A DNA stretch of 64,000 nt from Terriglobia bacterium (lineage in GTDB: Bacteria > Acidobacteriota > Terriglobia > 20CM-2-55-15), in contig CBDAOY010000005.1 of the NCBI GenBank assembly GCA_965198225.1, positions 160,001-224,000 of the forward strand. The letters run 5' to 3'. The notes under the pieces were generated by a model, which did not search any database, had not been told where the DNA came from, and saw only the letters and a list, made by a program, of their open reading frames with translations. Shown one piece after another: positions 59,250-64,000 of this stretch. Every line of letters starts with the position of its first letter. The first letter of the stretch is position 1. Position numbers and translations under genes: made by a program.

Positions 59250-60371
59250 CTAGGCCGCTGGGCGCTTCTTCCCGAACAGACCCTTCAGGATGGATTTCTT
59301 CTGGCTGACGACCACGCGGTTCTTGCCGTCCTTCTTCGCTTCGTAGAGCGCTCCATCGGCCGAGGCGACGAGTTGCTCGGCCGTCTCGCTGCCCGTGAAG
59401 CTTGCCAGTCCGCAGCTTGCGGTGAAGCGGACGAAACCCTCGGGGTCTCCCGACCGGAGTTCGTAGCGTGTCGAGGCGATTTCGCGCAGTAGTTCGGAAA
59501 ACTTCGACTCCGCCTGATCCAGCGTAACGCCGTCCAGGAGAATCGCAAATTCCTCACCGCCGTAGCGGGCGACCAGGTCCTCGGTACGCACACATTTCTT
59601 CAGGATCTGCGCGGCTCCCAGCAACACGCGATCGCCGACCTGGTGTCCCATCGTGTCGTTGATTTGCTTGAAGTTGTCCAGGTCGAGCAGGGCCAAAACG
59701 AAGCCGGCCCCCGTCGAAGGGTGCTGCCGGATCCATTTCCGGATGGAGTCGTCAAAGCAGCCCCGATTCGCGACCTGAGTCAGGGGATCGATCAATGCGT
59801 CTTCCTCTGCTCGAGCCAACCGGGTCTGCAGGGTTTCGATCTTGCCGGACAGATGGGAGTGACTTTCCTGGTCGCTCTTCCGCTGTTCCTCCACGAGTCG
59901 GTTCAGGTCGTGTGCTTCGGTCTTGATCTGTTCTTTGAGTAGCTGGATGTCGTTGATCTCCAGCAGGCCTTGAAATCGCCGGGATGATGCGATCAGGCTA
60001 TCGCTGAATTCCGCAGATTGACCGGCGAGCGTCCGTACTGTCTCGCGCAGCACATCGATGATCTCGATGAACTCGATCTCCCGGTTGAGAGCGTGCTCGC
60101 GGGCTTGACTGAAAAACCTCTCGCAGGCTGTGAGACACGACTCTGCCAGCACCTGGATCGACTTGCCGCTTTCAAGATCGAGATCGGCGATGAGTTTGCG
60201 AAATCCTCCGAGCTCGGACCGGAACTCCGGTGTTGTCTTGAGGCTCTCGTTACCGACCGCGACATCTGAGAGCAGGGCCAGCAGGCGATCGATAACGTCC
60301 AGTAACTCGTTCGAAAGGTTCCTGGTGGAACGCTTTTCTTCGACCGGATTCAACTCAACCAATTCGGACAT
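59250..60371 (-). CDS. diguanylate cyclase (GGDEF) with coiled-coil N-terminus
   Basis: DPLT.VANR, DLDNFK.INDT.GH.VGD, RTED I-site, RYGGEEF, AD.ALY.AK..GKN. Confidence 0.92.
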   Translation of the reverse strand: MSELVELNPVEEKRSTRNLSNELLDVIDRLLALLSDVAVGNESLKTTPEFRSELGGFRKLIADLDLESGKSIQVLAESCLTACERFFSQAREHALNREIEFIEIIDVLRETVRTLAGQSAEFSDSLIASSRRFQGLLEINDIQLLKEQIKTEAHDLNRLVEEQRKSDQESHSHLSGKIETLQTRLARAEEDALIDPLTQVANRGCFDDSIRKWIRQHPSTGAGFVLALLDLDNFKQINDTMGHQVGDRVLLGAAQILKKCVRTEDLVARYGGEEFAILLDGVTLDQAESKFSELLREIASTRYELRSGDPEGFVRFTASCGLASFTGSETAEQLVASADGALYEAKKDGKNRVVVSQKKSILKGLFGKKRPAA

Positions 60372-60460
60372 GCACTTCTCCCACAGGAATTGCTGCGTCT
60401 CAATCACCACATCGACCGACCAAGTCTGGTACTTTAGGCCCAAAACAGAACATGGGATTG

Positions 60461-60528
60461 GCCACGGAAGCACAGTGGCACAGATTTCTTACTGAAAAAT
60501 CCCTTCCGTGCCGCTGTGCCTCCGTGGT
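60461..60528. repeat. 9-nt-period CACGGA palindromic repeat
   Basis: CCACGGAAGCACAGTGGCACAGA ... TCCGTGCCGCTGTGCCTCCGTGG. Confidence 0.6.
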
Positions 60529-60575
60529 TAATGATCCTAAGGTTCGATCAAACGGTTGATACCAAGAGGGATAAG

Positions 60576-60995
60576 ATGAAATCTTACCGCGAAGAGCTTT
60601 GGTTCGAGACCGCTGACAGGCGGGACTATATCAACATTACGCCCCGGGTTGAGGAGGCGCTTCGCCGCAGCGAAGTTCGGGAAGGCTTGTGCCTGGTCAA
60701 CGCCATGCACATCTCGGCCAGTGTGTACATCAACGACGATGAATCGGGGCTGATCCAGGACTATGACGACTTCCTCGAACGGCTGGTCCCGCACGCGCCG
60801 ATCGATCAATACCGGCACAACGACACCGGCGAAGACAACGCCGACGCTCACATCAAGCGACAACTGATGGGGCGTGAGGTGGTCGTCGCAGTCACCGAAG
60901 GCCGGCTCGACTTCGGCCCATGGGAACAGATCTTCTACGGTGAATTCGACGGCCGCCGCCGCAAACGCGTCCTGGTCAAGATCATCGGCGAATAG
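60576..60995 (+). CDS. yjbQ: YjbQ/UPF0047 family protein
   Basis: [38 protein letters not shown]. Confidence 0.88.
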   Translation: MKSYREELWFETADRRDYINITPRVEEALRRSEVREGLCLVNAMHISASVYINDDESGLIQDYDDFLERLVPHAPIDQYRHNDTGEDNADAHIKRQLMGREVVVAVTEGRLDFGPWEQIFYGEFDGRRRKRVLVKIIGE

Positions 60996-60998
60996 GAA

Positions 60999-61079
60999 GA
61001 ATAACCACGGAGGCGCGAAGGCACGGAGAGAACAACAGATTTCCAAGAACTCCGCGCCTCTGTGCCTCGGTGGTTATTC
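60999..61079. repeat. 9-nt-period CACGGA palindromic repeat between convergent genes
   Basis: GAATAACCACGGAGGCGCGAAGGCACGGAG ... CTCCGCGCCTCTGTGCCTCGGTGGTTATTC. Confidence 0.65.
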
Positions 61080-61109
61080 CCTTCCTTGCCTTCTTCTTGA
61101 ACCGATCGT

Positions 61110-63086
61110 TTACATCAGGGAGACGGGGTCGACGTCGATGATGACTTTCGTGGCGGAAGTTTTCTGTTCTTCGAGGTGAGTCCGAAGGCGGTCCAGGACG
61201 CCATGGAGGTCCGCACGGGATGCAGACTTGATCAGCAGCTGATGTCGGTAGGTTCGCTTGAGTTTTTCGAGTGGGGCGGCTGCAGGGCCGAGAATCCGGA
61301 TCGAACGTGTCCGAAGGCCGTCCAGGAAATCGTTGATCTCCTGAGCGAAACCCCTGGCCCTTTCGCGACTGCGATCCAGTACCATCACACTCGCCAGGGA
61401 CGTGAACGGAGGGTAGAACATCGCCTTCCGGAAATGTACCTCGCGGGCGTAGAACTCTTCAAATCGATGTGTGGCCGCGAGCTGGAAACTGTAGTGATCG
61501 GGGAAGTAGCTCTGGAGCACCACTTCGCCTGGAGAGTCACCGCGCCCGGACCGACCCGCGACTTGAGTCAGCAGTTGAAACGTTCGTTCGGCCGCCCGGA
61601 AATCCGGCAGCGACAGTGCCGCATCGGCCGCAATCACGCCCACCAACGTCACGCGTGGAAAATCGTGTCCCTTTGCAATCATCTGGGTTCCGACAAGGAT
61701 GTCCAGCTCCCCGGCCCGGAATTGCCCGAGCAGTCGATCGTAATCGCGAATGTGCCGCATCGTGTCACGATCGATCCGACCGATTCGGGCCCCACCCAGC
61801 GCTTCCCGAAGGCGTATCTCAACCTGCTCGGTGCCTTCCCCGATGTAGTGGATGTATTCGCTCGAACACTCGGGACAGGTGGCATCCGCTTTCCGTGTGA
61901 GGCCGCAGTAGTGGCACAGGAGGCGGTTGATCGACCGGTGGTATGTCATCGACACGCTGCAGGCGTTGCAGGTGAATGCGTAACCGCAGCGGCGACAGAG
62001 CAGAAACATCGAGTACCCACGCCGGTTCAGCAGGATCATCGACTGTTCTCCGCCCCCGAGTCGATCTTCGAGCGCATCCAGCAGGCGAGTGGAAAACAGG
62101 GCCTGCTTTCCCTGTCGCACGTATTCATCTCGCATGTTGACGATCTCGACTTCGGGCAGAGGCCGCTCCTCGACGCGGACAGGAAGCTGGACGTAGCTGT
62201 AGCGCCCGAGCTCGGCGTTGCGGAACGATTCCATCGACGGGGTCGCCGATCCCAGCACGACAAGGGCGCCGGCCATCTTCGCGCGCATGATGGCCGAATC
62301 TCGGGCGTGGTAGCGCGGCATTTCCTCCTGTTTGAAGCTGCCCTCGTGTTCTTCGTCCACGATGATCACCCCCACGTCCTCGAGGGGAGCAAACAGCGCC
62401 GACCGTGTTCCGATGACGATCGGGGCGTTGCCCGTGTAGATCCGGAGCCACTCTTCGATACGCTGTTTCCGGGACAGCGAGCTGTGCAGGAGGGCCAGAC
62501 GGGAGCCGAACCGGTGCTCGAACCGTTCACGCAGCTGCGGCGTCAGTCCGATTTCAGGAACAAGGACCAGAGCCGTCTTCCCCAGTCGGAGGAAGTGTTC
62601 GACGGCGCGAAGGTAAACCTCGGTCTTGCCGCTCCCTGTGACGCCATGAAGCAACATACTGTTGAACCGATCGTTCCCGATGATCGTCTCTAACGCCCGA
62701 CGCTGATCGTCGGTGAGCTCGACTCCGTGTCGGACGGTGAGCGGCCCCGGCTTGCGGGTCTCGAACCGATCGACGTGTCTGCGGGTGATCGCAGGCGGCA
62801 GTGCGCCCTTCAGGACTTCCCCGAGCGGCGCCATGTAGTAGTCGGAAACCCATCGGCAGAGCTCGAAGATGTCAGGACGGATGAGCGGGTTCCGATCGAG
62901 AACCTCGCTGACGGGCCGGACATCGAGATTCTCCGGCCTCTCGTCACGCAGCGCGACCACGAAACCCTGGACCTCACGCCGGCGAAACGGCACGCTTACC
63001 CTGGCGGGTAGTTCGAGTGAATCCGGAATCTCGTAGATGAACGTACGGAACAAAGGAAGGCAGAGCGCAACCTCGGCGTACATCAC
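61110..63086 (-). CDS. priA: primosomal protein N' (replication restart helicase)
   Basis: GVTGSGKTEVY, LVPEIGLTPQ, DEEH, GSATPS, CxxC zinc motifs, GTQMIAKGHDFP, QVAGRSGR. Confidence 0.96.
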   Translation of the reverse strand: MMYAEVALCLPLFRTFIYEIPDSLELPARVSVPFRRREVQGFVVALRDERPENLDVRPVSEVLDRNPLIRPDIFELCRWVSDYYMAPLGEVLKGALPPAITRRHVDRFETRKPGPLTVRHGVELTDDQRRALETIIGNDRFNSMLLHGVTGSGKTEVYLRAVEHFLRLGKTALVLVPEIGLTPQLRERFEHRFGSRLALLHSSLSRKQRIEEWLRIYTGNAPIVIGTRSALFAPLEDVGVIIVDEEHEGSFKQEEMPRYHARDSAIMRAKMAGALVVLGSATPSMESFRNAELGRYSYVQLPVRVEERPLPEVEIVNMRDEYVRQGKQALFSTRLLDALEDRLGGGEQSMILLNRRGYSMFLLCRRCGYAFTCNACSVSMTYHRSINRLLCHYCGLTRKADATCPECSSEYIHYIGEGTEQVEIRLREALGGARIGRIDRDTMRHIRDYDRLLGQFRAGELDILVGTQMIAKGHDFPRVTLVGVIAADAALSLPDFRAAERTFQLLTQVAGRSGRGDSPGEVVLQSYFPDHYSFQLAATHRFEEFYAREVHFRKAMFYPPFTSLASVMVLDRSRERARGFAQEINDFLDGLRTRSIRILGPAAAPLEKLKRTYRHQLLIKSASRADLHGVLDRLRTHLEEQKTSATKVIIDVDPVSLM

Positions 63087-63094
63087 GCTCCGAC

Positions 63095-63754
63095 TCAGTG
63101 TCCGGCGAGCTCAGCGCGAATCTGCTTCATGTCTTCCCAGACTTCCCGTTTCTTCTCAGGGTTGCGCAGGAGATACGCCGGATGGAAAGTTGCGATGAAA
63201 CGCACCCCGTCGATGTTGTGGAAACGACCTCGCAGCCTGGAGATCGGAATCTTCATCCCCAGCATCGTCTGTGCCGCGAACGTCCCCATGCAACAGACGA
63301 TTTCGGGTTGAATGGCGTCCAATTGCTGCTTCAGAAACGGACTGCAGGTCTCGACTTCGACCGCTTCCGGGTTCCGGTTTCCCGGTGGACGACATTTCAA
63401 GACATTGCAGATGTAGACATCTTCCCGTCTGAAACCGATGGATTCGATGATCTTCGTCAGCAGGCCTCCGGCTCGCCCGACGAAAGGCAATCCCTGTCGG
63501 TCTTCCTCCGCGCCGGGTGCTTCGCCGACGAACATCAACCGCGCCGTCGAGCTTCCGGAACCGAACACGATGTTTGTGCGCGTTGGCGCGAGCCCACAGC
63601 GCTGGCAGTCTCCCAGCTCGTGACGGATGTCTTCCAGGGTCAAGGCTTCCGACCGGCTGTTCTCATCCTTCAGGTCCGCGCCGCCCAGATCGACGGACTC
63701 GATACCGATGTCGCGAAAGAACGCTAATTGGTCGGAAATGTCGGTTCTGTTCAT
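63095..63754 (-). CDS. uracil-DNA glycosylase family 4
   Basis: CQRC.L...R, VGEAPG.EED.QG.PFVG.AG, KCRPP.NR.P, TFHPAYLLR. Confidence 0.93.
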   Translation of the reverse strand: MNRTDISDQLAFFRDIGIESVDLGGADLKDENSRSEALTLEDIRHELGDCQRCGLAPTRTNIVFGSGSSTARLMFVGEAPGAEEDRQGLPFVGRAGGLLTKIIESIGFRREDVYICNVLKCRPPGNRNPEAVEVETCSPFLKQQLDAIQPEIVCCMGTFAAQTMLGMKIPISRLRGRFHNIDGVRFIATFHPAYLLRNPEKKREVWEDMKQIRAELAGH

Positions 63755-63790
63755 GACGTGGTGAGTAAGCCACGATTACGCAGAATACAT

Positions 63791-63886
63791 AGCCACGGAT
63801 TACACAGATTTCTCGGATAGGAACAACTTGTCCTCTGCCCTCCGAAAGACCACTCCTAATCCGCTAAATCCGTGCAATCCGTGGCT
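63791..63886. repeat. 9-nt-period CACGGA palindromic repeat
   Basis: AGCCACGGATTACACAGATT ... AATCCGTGCAATCCGTGGCT. Confidence 0.6.
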
Positions 63887-64000
63887 GGTTTTTTCGGCGC
63901 CAGCAGCATTCATTTGAGACAACGTTTAACGGCGGCAACGGCCTACCCATAACGGCCTACGTGTCCTCGAGCGACGAAATCTGCGCTGAGCCACTCTGGC

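Overview
GC-rich bacterial chromosomal segment. The truncated PadR, DUF4159 and PD40/CehA-McbA genes suggest Acidobacteriota (inference). It has about 65 genes and no rRNA, tRNA, CRISPR array or intact transposase. Main content: (1) At 45.7-48.7 kb, a thiol/selenol-redox operon in which two genes are split by the ORF caller at in-frame TGA codons. Both TGAs fall in U-P-x-C motifs (DUF3179 W-U-P-L-C; peroxiredoxin-like/DsbD-N W-U-P-F-C), and each is followed by a SECIS-like hairpin whose GUG loop lies exactly 22 nt after the UGA, so these are two probable selenoproteins. (2) At 11.1-22.9 kb, an envelope-stress/polyamine locus: SAM decarboxylase, DUF350, DUF4178, membrane aminopropyltransferase, Tat-lipoprotein flavoenzyme, His-motif membrane protein, PspA, YbjN-like protein, J-domain protein, K+ channel and M50 peptidase. 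(3) At 26.8-37.9 kb, a catabolic operon: SSS, DUF1445 hydro-lyase, HpcH aldolase, TRAP, a fused hydantoinase/oxoprolinase with an in-frame TAG, and a class IV aminotransferase. (4) Four MITE-like elements with different terminal inverted repeats but a shared internal motif, plus GTAG-REP doublets and other palindromic repeats. (5) Several pseudogenes, three unannotated small membrane proteins and a candidate promoter-driven structured RNA. priA and a family-4 uracil-DNA glycosylase lie at the right end. All calls come from reading motifs by eye; no searches were run.
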